Positions 1 through 10,949 are shown, counted from the whole stretch's first letter. The stretch is 60,989 nt of DNA, filler included, from 6 parts of 6 records of this genome joined end to end with filler, not necessarily neighbours in it; one strand, 5' to 3'. The notes: generated from the sequence alone by a model not told the origin. Numbers and translations: made by a program.

Positions 1-1714
1 CGGCGTCAACGCCCTGCGCGGCGAATCCAACGTTCAGGGTTCCACTGACCACTGTCTGCTGTTCCACATCCTGCCCGGTTACCTGAAGACACCCAAAGCG
101 GGTCAGGACTCATTGGCAGCATATGACAAAGCATACACTCCGGTCTCCAACGATCCCAAATCTGCCAACTGGTGGCAGAATTACCCGAAATACTCCGCCT
201 CTCTGCTCAAATCCATGTGGCAGAATGACACTCCGGCGGATGCCTACCAGTTCCTCCCTCGTCTGGACTCCGGTTCTGCCAGTGAATATTCTTGGCTCAC
301 CCTGTTCGACAAAATGGAAAAAGGACAATTCAAAGGTCTGTTCGCATGGGGCATGAACCCGGCTTGTTCCGGCGCAAACGCCAACAAGAATCGTCAGGCC
401 TTGGGCAACCTCGACTGGATGGTCAATGTCAACATCTTCCCCAATGAAACCGGCTGGTTCTGGGAAGGCCCTGACATGAAGCCCGAGGAGATCAAGACTG
501 AAGTCTTCTTCCTGCCTTGCGCAGTCTCCATCGAAAAAGAAGGCTCCATCACCAACTCCGGCCGCTGGATGCAGTGGCGTTACAAAGGCCCTGATGCACC
601 GCACGGTCTCAAGCCGGACGGCGACCTCATGTATGAATTAATGCATGAAATTCAGGCTCTCTACAAAAAAGACGGCGGCGCATACCCCGAGCCGATCACT
701 CGACTCACTTGGGACGGCATCGCCACTGACGGCGAATTCGATCCGCACAAAACCGCCAAGCTCATCAACGGACACTTCACCCGCGACATCGAAGTCAAGG
801 GCAAGCAGTTCAAGAAGGGCGACCTCGTACCGAGTTTCGCATACCTCCAAGCCGACGGTTCAACCACCTCAGGCAACTGGCTGTACTGCAACTCGTACAC
901 CGACAAGGGTAACATGGCCGCACGTCGCAGCCTGGCCCAGACTCCGGAACAGGCGAAAGTCGGCTTATACCCGAACTTCTCATGGTGCTGGCCGGTTAAC
1001 CGCCGCGTGTTGTACAACCGCGCTTCCGTCGACCTTCAGGGCAAGCCCTACAATCCCCAAAAGCCGGTCATCGAATGGAACGGCAAAAAATGGGTTGGCG
1101 ACGTACCTGATGGCGGATGGGCTCCCGGCTCCAAGTATGCCTTCATCATGCGCAAACATGGCTTCGGCCAGCTGTACGGCCCCGGCCGCGCAGACGGACC
1201 GCTGCCTGAATACTACGAACCGCTGGAATGTCCGGTCAAAACACACCCATTCTCCGGCACACTGCATAACCCGACGGCCCTTACTTTCGATTCCGAAGAA
1301 AAGGCTGTCTGTGATCCAAAATACCCATTCGTCGGCACCACATACCGTGTCACCGAACACTGGCAGACCGGTCTGATGACCAGAAACTGCGCATGGCTTA
1401 CAGAGTGTGAACCACAGGTGTTTGTTGAAATGAGCCCGGAACTTGCGGAACTCAGAGGCATTGAAAACGGCGAAAAAGTCATGGTTGATTCTATACGCGG
1501 CTCCATTTGGGCCAAGGCTATCGTGACCAAGCGACTGAAACCGTTCGAAGTTCAGGGAACGACCATTCATCAGATTGGCCTGCCTTGGCACTTCGGCTGG
1601 ACATGGCCCAAGGACGGCGGCGATACAGCCAATATCCTGACCCCGTCCGTCGGCGATCCAAACACCGGCATCCCTGAAACCAAGGCCTTTATGGTCAACG
1701 TCCGCAAGGCGTAA
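1..1714 (+). CDS. fdhA: Formate dehydrogenase catalytic alpha subunit (Mo/W-bisPGD), 5'-truncated
   Basis: Frame is open from position 2 (GVNALRGESNVQGSTDH). Motifs WGMNPA, EKEGSITNSGRWMQW, TTYRVTEHWQTG and C-terminal GDPNTGIPETKAFMVNV match the FdhA/FdnG family. Confidence 0.95.
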   Translation, partial: GVNALRGESNVQGSTDHCLLFHILPGYLKTPKAGQDSLAAYDKAYTPVSNDPKSANWWQNYPKYSASLLKSMWQNDTPADAYQFLPRLDSGSASEYSWLTLFDKMEKGQFKGLFAWGMNPACSGANANKNRQALGNLDWMVNVNIFPNETGWFWEGPDMKPEEIKTEVFFLPCAVSIEKEGSITNSGRWMQWRYKGPDAPHGLKPDGDLMYELMHEIQALYKKDGGAYPEPITRLTWDGIATDGEFDPHKTAKLINGHFTRDIEVKGKQFKKGDLVPSFAYLQADGSTTSGNWLYCNSYTDKGNMAARRSLAQTPEQAKVGLYPNFSWCWPVNRRVLYNRASVDLQGKPYNPQKPVIEWNGKKWVGDVPDGGWAPGSKYAFIMRKHGFGQLYGPGRADGPLPEYYEPLECPVKTHPFSGTLHNPTALTFDSEEKAVCDPKYPFVGTTYRVTEHWQTGLMTRNCAWLTECEPQVFVEMSPELAELRGIENGEKVMVDSIRGSIWAKAIVTKRLKPFEVQGTTIHQIGLPWHFGWTWPKDGGDTANILTPSVGDPNTGIPETKAFMVNVRKA

Positions 1715-1728
1715 AGGAGGAATGACAC

Positions 1729-2457
1729 ATGAGTAAGACATTCTTCATCGACCTGACCAAGTGTACGGCCTGCCGTGGTTGCCAGGTTGCCTGTAAGCAA
1801 TGGAAGAAACTGCCCGCTGAAAAGACTGAAAACTGGGGCTCCCACCAGAACCCCAAGGATTTATCGGGCGTCACCCTGAAACTGGTTCGCTTCGAGGAAG
1901 TGGAAACCGACGGCAACATGGACTGGCTGTTCTTCCCCGAACAATGCCGCCATTGTATTGAACCGCCGTGTCTGGATGCCATGACTATTCCCGGCTCCAT
2001 TGTCCACGATCAAGAAACCGGTGCAGTCATCTACACCGAACTGACCGCTCAGGAACCGGACAAAGAAGCCTTTGGCATGTCCTGTCCCTATGACATCCCC
2101 CGGATCAACGAAGAAACCGGCCAAGTGGTCAAATGCGACATGTGCATTGACCGCGTCAAAGCCGGCATGCTGCCTGCCTGCGTGCAGACCTGCCCCACCG
2201 GGGCCATGAACTTCGGTGACCGTGACGAGATGCTCGCTCTGGCAAACAAGCATCTGGAAAAAGCACTGAAAAAGTACCCGGAAGCAGAACTTGTCGATAT
2301 TGACAGCGTGCGCGTCATCTATCTGGTCCAGACCGACCCGGACAGCTATTATGAGTCCCTGTCTGCTGACGCTTCCTCCATCCAGAAAAAGGGCCCCTTG
2401 TCCAGAAAGCAGTTCCTGGCAAAACTGGCCAGCCCTCTCAAACGGATGAACGGATAA
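1729..2457 (+). CDS. fdhB: Formate dehydrogenase iron-sulfur beta subunit
   Basis: CTACRGCQVAC, CRHCIEPPC, CDMC and CVQTCPTG cluster motifs; AAGGAGG RBS; directly follows fdhA. Confidence 0.93.
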   Translation: MSKTFFIDLTKCTACRGCQVACKQWKKLPAEKTENWGSHQNPKDLSGVTLKLVRFEEVETDGNMDWLFFPEQCRHCIEPPCLDAMTIPGSIVHDQETGAVIYTELTAQEPDKEAFGMSCPYDIPRINEETGQVVKCDMCIDRVKAGMLPACVQTCPTGAMNFGDRDEMLALANKHLEKALKKYPEAELVDIDSVRVIYLVQTDPDSYYESLSADASSIQKKGPLSRKQFLAKLASPLKRMNG

Positions 2458-2467
2458 CACCATACCA

Positions 2468-2498
2468 TCCCGGCGCGGGTTGCACGCCCGCGCCGGGA
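2468..2498 (+). terminator. GC-rich stem-loop after fdhB (terminator or 3' stabiliser)
   Basis: 12-bp perfect stem TCCCGGCGCGGG/CCCGCGCCGGGA, without a clear U-tract. Confidence 0.5.
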
Positions 2499-2728
2499 CT
2501 CCTCTCATGGAGAACACCTCCGTAAAAAATGTCGCTCGGACCTGCGGCATATCATGCACGGAGTTTTTCAGACCCCGACGTTCACCGTGCGTCGGGGTCA
2601 CTTCGTTCAAAGACAATATAGATAGATGCAGTTTCGTGGGGTTATGAGGATTTCTTGTCTTTTCGGAGCCAAGCCAGTAACGAAGAGTGGCAATACGTTG
2701 TTATAAGCGTGGAGCACGGAGCCGAATC

Positions 2729-3961
2729 ATGCAAACCCGACTATGGACACTCATATTCCTCTGCTTACCTCTCATATTTGGTATGGGCGGATGCAATTCC
2801 TCGGATAAATCCTCGACCACAGGATCGACATCTCCCGGAGTGACCGACAGCCAGATAGTTCTCGGCTCTTCTCTGGCTCTGACAGGCCATGCGGGATATC
2901 TCGGCACACAGACTCTACGCGGGGCCGAAGCCTATATTCGCTCCGTTAATGCCAATGGCGGCGTGCATGGTCGTTCCATCAAGATTAAGGCCGTGGACGA
3001 TTCCTATGATCCACCCAAATGCCTTGCCAACACGCAAAGATTCATCATCGACAACGACGTCTTTGCCCTCTTCTGCTATGTGGGCACACCGACCACAGTC
3101 AAGGCTCTGCCTTTGGTTGAAGAAGCACGCATACCACTGGTGGGGATGTTCACCGGAGCCAACGTCTTGCGACAACCCTTCAATCGATACGTCGTCAACA
3201 TCAGAGCTTCCTATTATCAGGAAACAAAAGATGCCGTGCGGCACATGATCAAAGATCTCGGGCTACGAAAAATCGCGGTTTTCTACCAATATGACACTTA
3301 CGGATTCGACGGACTCATCGGCGCGGAACTGGCTCTAAAGGAGTTCAATCTCGAACCAGTGGCTCGTGGTTGGTACATTAGAGGCACCGAAGACATTGAT
3401 GAAGGGTTAGAAAAAATTCGTCAATCCGGAGCTGAAGCCGTTGTCATGATCGGCACCTATGATGCGTGCGCCCGATTCATCAATAAGGCCGGCGAACGCG
3501 ACTATACACCGGCATTCTACACAGTTTCATTTGTAGGAGCCGAAGAACTGGCACGACGCATCACCACCGACGCCCCCGTCAAAGTACTCATGTCGCAAGT
3601 TGTCCCACCGCCAATCATAAATCCAGACAACGACATTGACGCGGCCAGCGAATACGTCACTCTTCTGAAGCAATATTTTCCGAACGACACTCCGAGCTTT
3701 GTCGGACTGGAAGGATTCCTTAACGCCCGAATCATGGTTGAAGGACTGCAAAAGGCAGGACGATTCCTGACCCGCGAAAAATTCATTGATGCCATTGAAT
3801 CCATCCGGGATTTCAAACTCGGACCGGGCATGTCGATCACCTATGGACCATATGACAGACAGGGGCTTGAAGCCATTCACTTCACCCGACTTCAAGATGG
3901 TCGATTCATGCCATTTTCAGATTGGAAGGGATTAAAACAGGAATTGGAGGTCATGCCATGA
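2729..3961 (+). CDS. Periplasmic binding lipoprotein, Leu/Ile/Val-binding type, probably the sensor for the adjacent kinase
   Basis: Lipobox-like GMGGC; SLALTG, GGVHGR, DDSYDP, VGTPT motifs. No permease genes nearby; overlaps the kinase start. Confidence 0.85.
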   Translation: MQTRLWTLIFLCLPLIFGMGGCNSSDKSSTTGSTSPGVTDSQIVLGSSLALTGHAGYLGTQTLRGAEAYIRSVNANGGVHGRSIKIKAVDDSYDPPKCLANTQRFIIDNDVFALFCYVGTPTTVKALPLVEEARIPLVGMFTGANVLRQPFNRYVVNIRASYYQETKDAVRHMIKDLGLRKIAVFYQYDTYGFDGLIGAELALKEFNLEPVARGWYIRGTEDIDEGLEKIRQSGAEAVVMIGTYDACARFINKAGERDYTPAFYTVSFVGAEELARRITTDAPVKVLMSQVVPPPIINPDNDIDAASEYVTLLKQYFPNDTPSFVGLEGFLNARIMVEGLQKAGRFLTREKFIDAIESIRDFKLGPGMSITYGPYDRQGLEAIHFTRLQDGRFMPFSDWKGLKQELEVMP

Positions 3962-5973
3962 CCATGGCCAGAAAATTGGCTACCCGATTCGACAATATCG
4001 GCCTGCGAGAAAAACTTCTGTTTTCAATGCTTGCAGCCATTCTGTTCATCTCGGTAACCATTGCACTGGTTTCCAGATATATTCTCGTCAGCTCCCTGAC
4101 GCATGAACTGGAAATGCGTGGTTTTGCCATTGCCCACTCCGTTGCCGAACGAGGCGGTTCGTATCTGCTGGACAACGACGTCCCCAAGTTGCTGGCCCTG
4201 ATATTTGACGAAGGACGCCTTCGTCAGCGGAAAAATCTGGTCGCTTACATTTTCATTGAGGATCAGCATGGCGAGGTTTTGGCCCATACCCTAACACGAA
4301 AACTCCCAGACACCCTCCGTGGAAACACCCTGCCCAAAGACAAACACGACTCTATAAAACGTCTCGATCTGGGGGGACAGGAAGTATACGATCTCGCCGC
4401 CGCGATCAATGAAGGACTCTATCGTATAGGCACGGTTCACGTAGGACTGAACAAGAGTCATATCGACTCTTTGGTCGGTAAATTACGGGTGGCCTTCCTT
4501 GGTTTCATCTCCGCCGTGGTCTTGATCACCATCTTCCTCAGTTCCTGGCTTTCCAAGTATATAACCAAACCCATTTCAGACCTGACACGCCTGTCCGATG
4601 AAATCAGTCGCGGCAACTTTGACATACCGCATCATCTCATACCGGATGAAGACTGGGATACGTCCAGATGTCCGGCGTTCACCAATACAGATCTGCCATG
4701 CTGGCACTTCGACCAATCAAGAAGTGGTGAAAAGCCCGGTGAAGCGCATCGCAAATGCGCTGACTGTGCTTTCTATCGCAAACACGCTCTTGGCGATGAA
4801 GTCATTCAGCTCGGCGATTCATTCCGCAACATGGTCTGGTCCATTAAGCTTTATCGCCGAAGACTGCGCGAATCAGAAGAAAAATATCGGTCACTGTTCG
4901 ACTCCGGCCCGGACCCAATCTTTGTCGTGGAATGTGAATCAGGTATCATCCGAGACGCCAACCCTCGCACCGTCGAACTCTATGGATACTCCATGGAAGA
5001 CCTCATTGGCATGAAGTTCCTGAAACTTGGGCCTGAACACAATCTCAGCTGTCTGGAATATTTTGTGGAAGGCGGCGGAGGGTGTGTCTACTTCCCCAAG
5101 CTGCTCCACTACAAACAGGGTGGCGAACCGTTTTTCGTGAACATGCACGCTTGCCCTATTTCATACAGGGGACGACACGCCATCATCATTGCAGTCACAG
5201 ATATCACAGAACTCATTGAAAAGGACGCCCAGCTTATTCAGGCAGGAAAGATGAAATCCCTTGGTGAGATGTCTGCGGGTGTGGCCCATGAGGTCAACCA
5301 ACCGCTCAATGCCATCAAGATGGGCAGTGAATTCCTTTCCATGATGCAAGAAGAAGGTGTCGAAGTTCCCAGAGAAGACTTTCTGCAGGTCGTAAAAGAA
5401 ATTTCGACACAGGTCGACCGCGCCGCAGAAATTATCAACACGTTACGGTCTTTCGGCCGCAAATCAGACCTCATTGAGGAACACGTCAATCTCAATCAGA
5501 CCGTGAACGCGGTTTTGTCCATCCTGCGTCGTCAATTCGAATTGGATAATATCCGCTTTGCCCTTGATTTGGATGAACAATTACCGCCAATACTGGCTCA
5601 CTCAAACAGATTGCAACAGGTTATTTTCAATCTGGTGACCAATGCCCGGGACGCCTTAAACGACATTTCATCCCCGGCAGACGGTGACGATAACCGACGC
5701 ATCATGATTCGTACTGGAGCCGAAGAAAAAACTGTCTTTGTCGAAGTCGAAGACACGGGGGCCGGTATTGATGAAAAAGACAAACGGAAAATTTTTGAAC
5801 CATTCTTCACCACCAAAGAAGCCGGACAGGGCATGGGCCTCGGTTTAGCCATAACATACGGCATCGTCAGGGATTATGGTGGAGACATTCGCATTGATAG
5901 TAAACGCGACAAAGGTACGGTTTTCCGCATGGAATTCCCGATAGCCAGTACGCGAGGAGAAACCAAGGCATGA
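3958..5973 (+). CDS. Membrane sensor histidine kinase (HAMP with Cys-rich insert, PAS, HisKA, HATPase)
   Basis: Two TM segments, H-box AHEVNQPL, N-box [25 protein letters not shown]. Confidence 0.92.
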   Translation: MTMARKLATRFDNIGLREKLLFSMLAAILFISVTIALVSRYILVSSLTHELEMRGFAIAHSVAERGGSYLLDNDVPKLLALIFDEGRLRQRKNLVAYIFIEDQHGEVLAHTLTRKLPDTLRGNTLPKDKHDSIKRLDLGGQEVYDLAAAINEGLYRIGTVHVGLNKSHIDSLVGKLRVAFLGFISAVVLITIFLSSWLSKYITKPISDLTRLSDEISRGNFDIPHHLIPDEDWDTSRCPAFTNTDLPCWHFDQSRSGEKPGEAHRKCADCAFYRKHALGDEVIQLGDSFRNMVWSIKLYRRRLRESEEKYRSLFDSGPDPIFVVECESGIIRDANPRTVELYGYSMEDLIGMKFLKLGPEHNLSCLEYFVEGGGGCVYFPKLLHYKQGGEPFFVNMHACPISYRGRHAIIIAVTDITELIEKDAQLIQAGKMKSLGEMSAGVAHEVNQPLNAIKMGSEFLSMMQEEGVEVPREDFLQVVKEISTQVDRAAEIINTLRSFGRKSDLIEEHVNLNQTVNAVLSILRRQFELDNIRFALDLDEQLPPILAHSNRLQQVIFNLVTNARDALNDISSPADGDDNRRIMIRTGAEEKTVFVEVEDTGAGIDEKDKRKIFEPFFTTKEAGQGMGLGLAITYGIVRDYGGDIRIDSKRDKGTVFRMEFPIASTRGETKA

Positions 5974-6686
5974 AAGAAAAAGTACTTGTCATAGACGACG
6001 AACAACCGACTCTCAAGATGTTCACGCTCCTGCTTTCAGCCTACGGGTATGAAGTGCTCACGGCAGAGAACGGACAGGAAGGGGTCAGGATTTTTAAAGA
6101 AAAAAGCCCCGGACTGGTCATGACTGACATCAAAATGCCCATTATGGACGGCATCGAGGCTCTCAAGGAAATAAAGAAAATCAATCCGCACACCGAAGTT
6201 ATTGTCATAACCGGTCACGGCGACATGGATCTGGCTATTCAGGCCTTGAATCTCGACGCCACGGATTTCATCAACAAGCCGCTCCAACGCGAAGCCCTTG
6301 AAAAAGCACTGACTCGTGCAGGCGAAAGGCTCGCTATCACCAAAAACGAGGAGAGCCTTGTCTCGTTGGATGACCGTCCCGGAGCCGTGGTCATCGGCGT
6401 ACGCGGAAATGTCTCCACGCATACCATTCCTCATTTAGCCGAGGCCCTGACCAAGGCCAAAGCTTTGAACAAACCCGTAATGCTCATCGATTTCGAAGAA
6501 AATGCATCCATCAATGGCGCCGGAATCACCGGACTGTCAGAACTACTCAAAGAGAATCGAAAACAAGGCGTACGCATTGTACTGGCAGGACTGTCCAGCA
6601 ATTTCAAATCGGTCTTCGAAGCTGTGGGCATCACCCGCTATGCAGAACTCTTCGACAACGGGGAAGAAGCACTGGCTGCACAGTAG
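5970..6686 (+). CDS. Response regulator, REC fused to a C-terminal STAS domain
   Basis: VIDDE, DIKMP, ITGHG, FINKP; C-terminal IDFENASINGAGITGL...FEAVGI resembles STAS. Confidence 0.85.
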   Translation: MKEKVLVIDDEQPTLKMFTLLLSAYGYEVLTAENGQEGVRIFKEKSPGLVMTDIKMPIMDGIEALKEIKKINPHTEVIVITGHGDMDLAIQALNLDATDFINKPLQREALEKALTRAGERLAITKNEESLVSLDDRPGAVVIGVRGNVSTHTIPHLAEALTKAKALNKPVMLIDFEENASINGAGITGLSELLKENRKQGVRIVLAGLSSNFKSVFEAVGITRYAELFDNGEEALAAQ

Positions 6687-6691
6687 AAAGC

Positions 6692-7273
6692 TTACTCGGC
6701 GTTCACCTTTTCCAAGGCTTGCATAAGCAAACCCAAATCCGGGCGCTTATTGATGTCGCCTACATGAATGAAACGAATCACGCCCTTGGTATCGATCACG
6801 AACAAAGCGCGCTCCGTAAAACCTTCCGAACGCAATACACCATACTCCGACGCCACCTTACCGTGAGGCCAGAAGTCGGACAACACAGGAAAATTGAGTC
6901 CACCCATGGCATCAATCCACGCTTTCTGGGTAGGAATATTGTCCACGGTGATACCTACAAGCTCCGCATTGTTTGCCTTAAACAAATCCATGGCGAGACG
7001 ATATCCCGGCCACTGATCCGAACAGACAGGCGTCCATGCGGCAGGCACAAAGGTCAGCACCACATTTTTTTTGCCACGGTAATCACTCAACCGCACTTTC
7101 GCGTCCATCGTGGATGGCAATTCAAAATCCGGTGCCATATCGCCTTCTGAGACCTTGAGCACGGAATCCACCGGCTTAAGTTCTCCGGCGGGATAGGTCG
7201 TCATCTTCTCCGCCATGACAGGCGAAGTCAAAAAAAACACCACAAAAAATGCTAAAACAAATCTTTTATTCAT
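6692..7273 (-). CDS. Exported peroxiredoxin (AhpC/TSA family)
   Basis: Signal peptide; [36 protein letters not shown]. Confidence 0.88.
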   Translation of the reverse strand: MNKRFVLAFFVVFFLTSPVMAEKMTTYPAGELKPVDSVLKVSEGDMAPDFELPSTMDAKVRLSDYRGKKNVVLTFVPAAWTPVCSDQWPGYRLAMDLFKANNAELVGITVDNIPTQKAWIDAMGGLNFPVLSDFWPHGKVASEYGVLRSEGFTERALFVIDTKGVIRFIHVGDINKRPDLGLLMQALEKVNAE

Positions 7274-7286
7274 ATCCCGTGCCCGC

Positions 7287-7820
7287 CTACTTCTCTGTCG
7301 TTTCCACAACGATCTTCACAAATTCATCGACATCCTCAATCTCACCAATCTGTGAGAAAAGAATGAGCAGTCGCCCTTCCCGCAGGTCCAACAGATAGAA
7401 TGCAGGGGTCCCCACTTCGCCGACCGCTTTATGCTGCACATAATCAGGGTCTTCCACGAGCGGATACTCTACCTTGAACTTCTTGCGATAAAATTCGACT
7501 TCATACGGCGTATTTCCTGCGGCAATGCCGAGGACCTTGATACGTTTATCCTGCCCGGTCTTGGCCAACTCCTGGTACAAGGTATTCATTTTGGGAGCGT
7601 CGCGTTGGCAGATAGGGCAATACATGCTGTAGACTTCAATCAGGACGAAATCTGCTTTGATATCAGATACTTTAAACTCATTGCCTGTCACGGAAAGATA
7701 TTCCATCTGAGCCTGAGACATCTTTGCCATCATGGACAAATCGGGAAAAGTGTCAGCAGACTGCGCCGGGACAGCGATCAGAAACAACCAAGCCAGAGCG
7801 ATCAATGTCATTTTTTTCAT
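7287..7820 (-). CDS. Exported thioredoxin-fold protein (TlpA-like)
   Basis: Signal peptide; YSMYCPIC CxxC motif; cis-Pro motif GTP. Confidence 0.85.
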   Translation of the reverse strand: MKKMTLIALAWLFLIAVPAQSADTFPDLSMMAKMSQAQMEYLSVTGNEFKVSDIKADFVLIEVYSMYCPICQRDAPKMNTLYQELAKTGQDKRIKVLGIAAGNTPYEVEFYRKKFKVEYPLVEDPDYVQHKAVGEVGTPAFYLLDLREGRLLILFSQIGEIEDVDEFVKIVVETTEK

Positions 7821-8080
7821 ACGTCATCCTCATGATATCCGGTGTGTATGCAGACAATTCGCCTGCTCTTTTTCATAACTTTATCCTACTCTCAAATATG
7901 CCTGAAAAGGCAAGCCAAAGCAATTTTCCCAAACTATGCAATGATTCCACACCATCCATTAAATTTCCCCCTTTCGTAGTGTCAAACCGTGGACTGTTTC
8001 CACACTGTTGACTGATTATGCTAGAGGGAGCATATAAGACCTCATCAAATGAATATATGTCTATATGTCTAGGAGGTCTT

Positions 8081-9061
8081 ATGCATTCTCTCTCTCATCA
8101 TTGTGCCTTGGCCCTGTGTGTCTGTTTGGCAGTTGTCCTCTGTACGTGGACACCTGCTTCAGCCGAGCCTACCGGCAAACTGGTTATCTTTCACGCGGGC
8201 AGCCTGTCCGTCCCCTTCGACGCCATGGAAAAAGCCTTTGAGGCCAAATACCCCAATGTCGATGTTCAACGGGAATCCGGCGGCTCCACAAAAATGGCTC
8301 GCCTCATCTCCGAAGTCGGCAAACCTGCCGATATCATGGCTTCCGCCGACTACGTGGTCATCAACAAGAACCTGATGCCCAAGTTCGCATCCTGGAACGT
8401 ACGCTTCGCCACCAACCAGATGGTGCTCTGCTACACAGACAACTCCAAATTCGCCAATGAAATCAACAGCGACAACTGGACTGATATTTTGCAGAAAAAA
8501 GGCGTTGTCTGGGGACATTCAGACCCCAACCTCGACCCGTGCGGTTACCGTTCCATCATGGTCCTGCAACTGGCTGAAAAATTCTACAAGAAACCCGGTC
8601 TGGCAGATGCGCTCATCGCCAACCGTCCTGAAAAGAACGTCCGTCCCAAGTCTGTCGAACTCATTTCACTGCTCCAGTCCGGTCATATGGATTACGCATG
8701 GGAATACCTTTCTGTCGCTGTCCAGCACGGCCTCAAATACATCACCATCGACAACCACATGAACCTGAGCGACTACACGTTGACTGACTTCTATTCTCAG
8801 GCCCGTGTCAAAGTCACCGGCAAAAAGCCCGGCACTTTCATTGAGCGCGTTGGCAAGTCCATCACTTATGGCATCACCATGCTCGATACCGCCAAGAACC
8901 CGGAAGCTGCTGAGGCTTTCCTGGCATACATGTTCGCCCCTGAAGGCGGCCTCAAAATCTTAAAAGATATGGGCCAACCTCCTTTCGAACCTGTTCGTAC
9001 TGACGAAGCTGGCATGACAAAACTGCCAGCCAGCCTCAAACCTCTCGTGGAAGTCAACTAA
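8081..9061 (+). CDS. wtpA: Tungstate/molybdate ABC substrate-binding protein, WtpA type
   Basis: [55 protein letters not shown]. Confidence 0.88.
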   Translation: MHSLSHHCALALCVCLAVVLCTWTPASAEPTGKLVIFHAGSLSVPFDAMEKAFEAKYPNVDVQRESGGSTKMARLISEVGKPADIMASADYVVINKNLMPKFASWNVRFATNQMVLCYTDNSKFANEINSDNWTDILQKKGVVWGHSDPNLDPCGYRSIMVLQLAEKFYKKPGLADALIANRPEKNVRPKSVELISLLQSGHMDYAWEYLSVAVQHGLKYITIDNHMNLSDYTLTDFYSQARVKVTGKKPGTFIERVGKSITYGITMLDTAKNPEAAEAFLAYMFAPEGGLKILKDMGQPPFEPVRTDEAGMTKLPASLKPLVEVN

Positions 9062-9066
9062 TAACC

Positions 9067-9897
9067 ATGGCTTCAACCAGCACCGCATATCAGGGAGGCT
9101 CCGTTTTACGGGGCCTCCCCAGTTCAATCTTCCAGCTCTGGTTTCTGGGCTCTTCCGTCCTGATCCTGCTGTTTATTGCGGCCCCGCTGGCCTCAACTAT
9201 CGCTGCCCCCACTTGGGAACGGTTTGTCGAAACACTCGTTGATCCCGCCGTAATTCAGTCGATCTGGCTTTCCATGTCCACTTCTGGCATGGCAGCACTC
9301 ATTGCTCTCATTTTCGGAACCCCTCTGGCCTACATTCTCGCCAGACACGAATTTCCGGGTAAAAACGTGGTGGAAAGCATCATCGACCTGCCCATCATGA
9401 TCCCGCACCCTGTAGTCGGTATATCCCTGCTCAGTCTGACAGGTCGCGACACATGGTTCGGCACATTCATCTCGGACCTCGGCGTGGAAATCATGGGGAC
9501 GACCACAGGCATCGTTTCGGTGTTGGTTTTCGTGGGACTGCCCTTCTACGTCAACACGGTAAAGGGTGGCATTGAATCTATTCCGCCACGGCTTGAAAAT
9601 GTTTCCCGCTCTCTGGGTGCCGGTCGTGGACACACATTTTTCCGTGTTACCCTCCCGCTGTCATGGCGATACATGCTCGTAGGCATGATCATGTGCATGG
9701 CCCGCGCCATCAGCGAGTTTGGCGCCATCATCATCGTGGCCTACCACCCCATGACCGCGCCGGTACTCATGTATGAACGCTTCACGGCCTATGGCCTTGG
9801 CTGGTCACAACCGGTAGCCGTTATCCTTATTCTGGTGAGCATGTTGTTTTTTCTGCTCCTCCGGGCCTTTTCTCTGCCTAAAAGGAGTGGTGTATGA
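9067..9897 (+). CDS. wtpB: Tungstate/molybdate ABC permease
   Basis: DLPIMIPHPVVG, EAA-like LENVSRSLGA, ARAISEFGA. Confidence 0.85.
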   Translation: MASTSTAYQGGSVLRGLPSSIFQLWFLGSSVLILLFIAAPLASTIAAPTWERFVETLVDPAVIQSIWLSMSTSGMAALIALIFGTPLAYILARHEFPGKNVVESIIDLPIMIPHPVVGISLLSLTGRDTWFGTFISDLGVEIMGTTTGIVSVLVFVGLPFYVNTVKGGIESIPPRLENVSRSLGAGRGHTFFRVTLPLSWRYMLVGMIMCMARAISEFGAIIIVAYHPMTAPVLMYERFTAYGLGWSQPVAVILILVSMLFFLLLRAFSLPKRSGV

Positions 9898-10949
9898 TCG
9901 ACATCCGCAATCTGACCATCCAATTGCCCGGATTTGCCGTCACCGATATCAATCTCCATGTACGTCGCGGTGAATTCTTCACATTGATAGGCCCCACCGG
10001 ATCGGGCAAAACCCTTGTGCTGGAAAGTCTGGCTGGACTGGCCCCCAAGGGCACTGGGAACATGCTCGTTCATGGTCGAGACATCGCCAATCTTCCACCG
10101 GAACACCGTAAAGTCAGCCTCGTCTATCAAGACCACTCCCTGTTTCCGCATCTGACCGTGTTGGACAACGTTACCTATGGTCAACGGTATCACGGCATCG
10201 ATGCCCGAACAGGCAAACGAGAAGCACTTGAACTGCTGGAACGCCTCGGTCTTTCCCGCGTAATCAACCGCAAACCCGACAGGCTTTCCGGTGGTGAAAA
10301 GCAGCGTGTGTCCATTGCCCGTGCTCTTGCCTGTCACCCGCGTGTGCTCTTGCTTGATGAGCCCATGTCATCACTGGACCCACAGTTCCGGGCCGAGTTA
10401 CGACAAACTCTCAAAGAATTGCATCAGGACACAGGCCTCACCATTCTCATGGTCACTCATGACTTTGTAGACGCACTGACTTTGGCGGACCGAGCCGCTG
10501 TGATCCGTAACGGTCGCATTGAACAGGCTGGAGATGTAACTGATATTTTCCGTCAGCCTGCCACCCCGTTTGTGGCTGAATTCGTGGGCATGGCCAACGT
10601 CCTGCCCGCCTGCTTCCACAATGGACAATGTTCGTTTGCCGGACACACAGTCTCGCTGGATAAAAAGCCGGACTGGAACGAAGGATACGTCGCTTTCCGA
10701 CCTGAAGACATTCTGGTGTCACAGACAAATCGATTCCCGGAAGATTGGTGCACACTCCGGGGTAGCCTCACCCGAATTGACCGCATTGGATTTCATTGGA
10801 CCGCACAAATACAATGCGACGACCAAATCGTCACCGCTGCCGTCGATCAACTCACAGCTCTGGAACACTCGACAAATAATAATGCGGTACACCTCGGTAT
10901 CGCCAAGCCACATCTGCACTTCATGCCACCTCAAACAATTTCAGTCTGA
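9894..10949 (+). CDS. wtpC: Tungstate/molybdate ABC ATPase
   Basis: Walker A GPTGSGKT, LSGGEKQR, LLLDEP, TOBE-like C-terminus. Confidence 0.85.
   Translation: MIDIRNLTIQLPGFAVTDINLHVRRGEFFTLIGPTGSGKTLVLESLAGLAPKGTGNMLVHGRDIANLPPEHRKVSLVYQDHSLFPHLTVLDNVTYGQRYHGIDARTGKREALELLERLGLSRVINRKPDRLSGGEKQRVSIARALACHPRVLLLDEPMSSLDPQFRAELRQTLKELHQDTGLTILMVTHDFVDALTLADRAAVIRNGRIEQAGDVTDIFRQPATPFVAEFVGMANVLPACFHNGQCSFAGHTVSLDKKPDWNEGYVAFRPEDILVSQTNRFPEDWCTLRGSLTRIDRIGFHWTAQIQCDDQIVTAAVDQLTALEHSTNNNAVHLGIAKPHLHFMPPQTISV

Noticed and set aside
1-1714. Selenocysteine codon or SECIS in fdhA
   Set aside because: The active-site Sec/Cys lies in the N-terminal part outside the window, and there is no in-frame TGA in the visible part.
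2688-2703. Sigma54 promoter before the binding-protein gene (TGGCAATACGTTGTTA)
   Set aside because: It lacks the GC at the -12 position with correct spacing.
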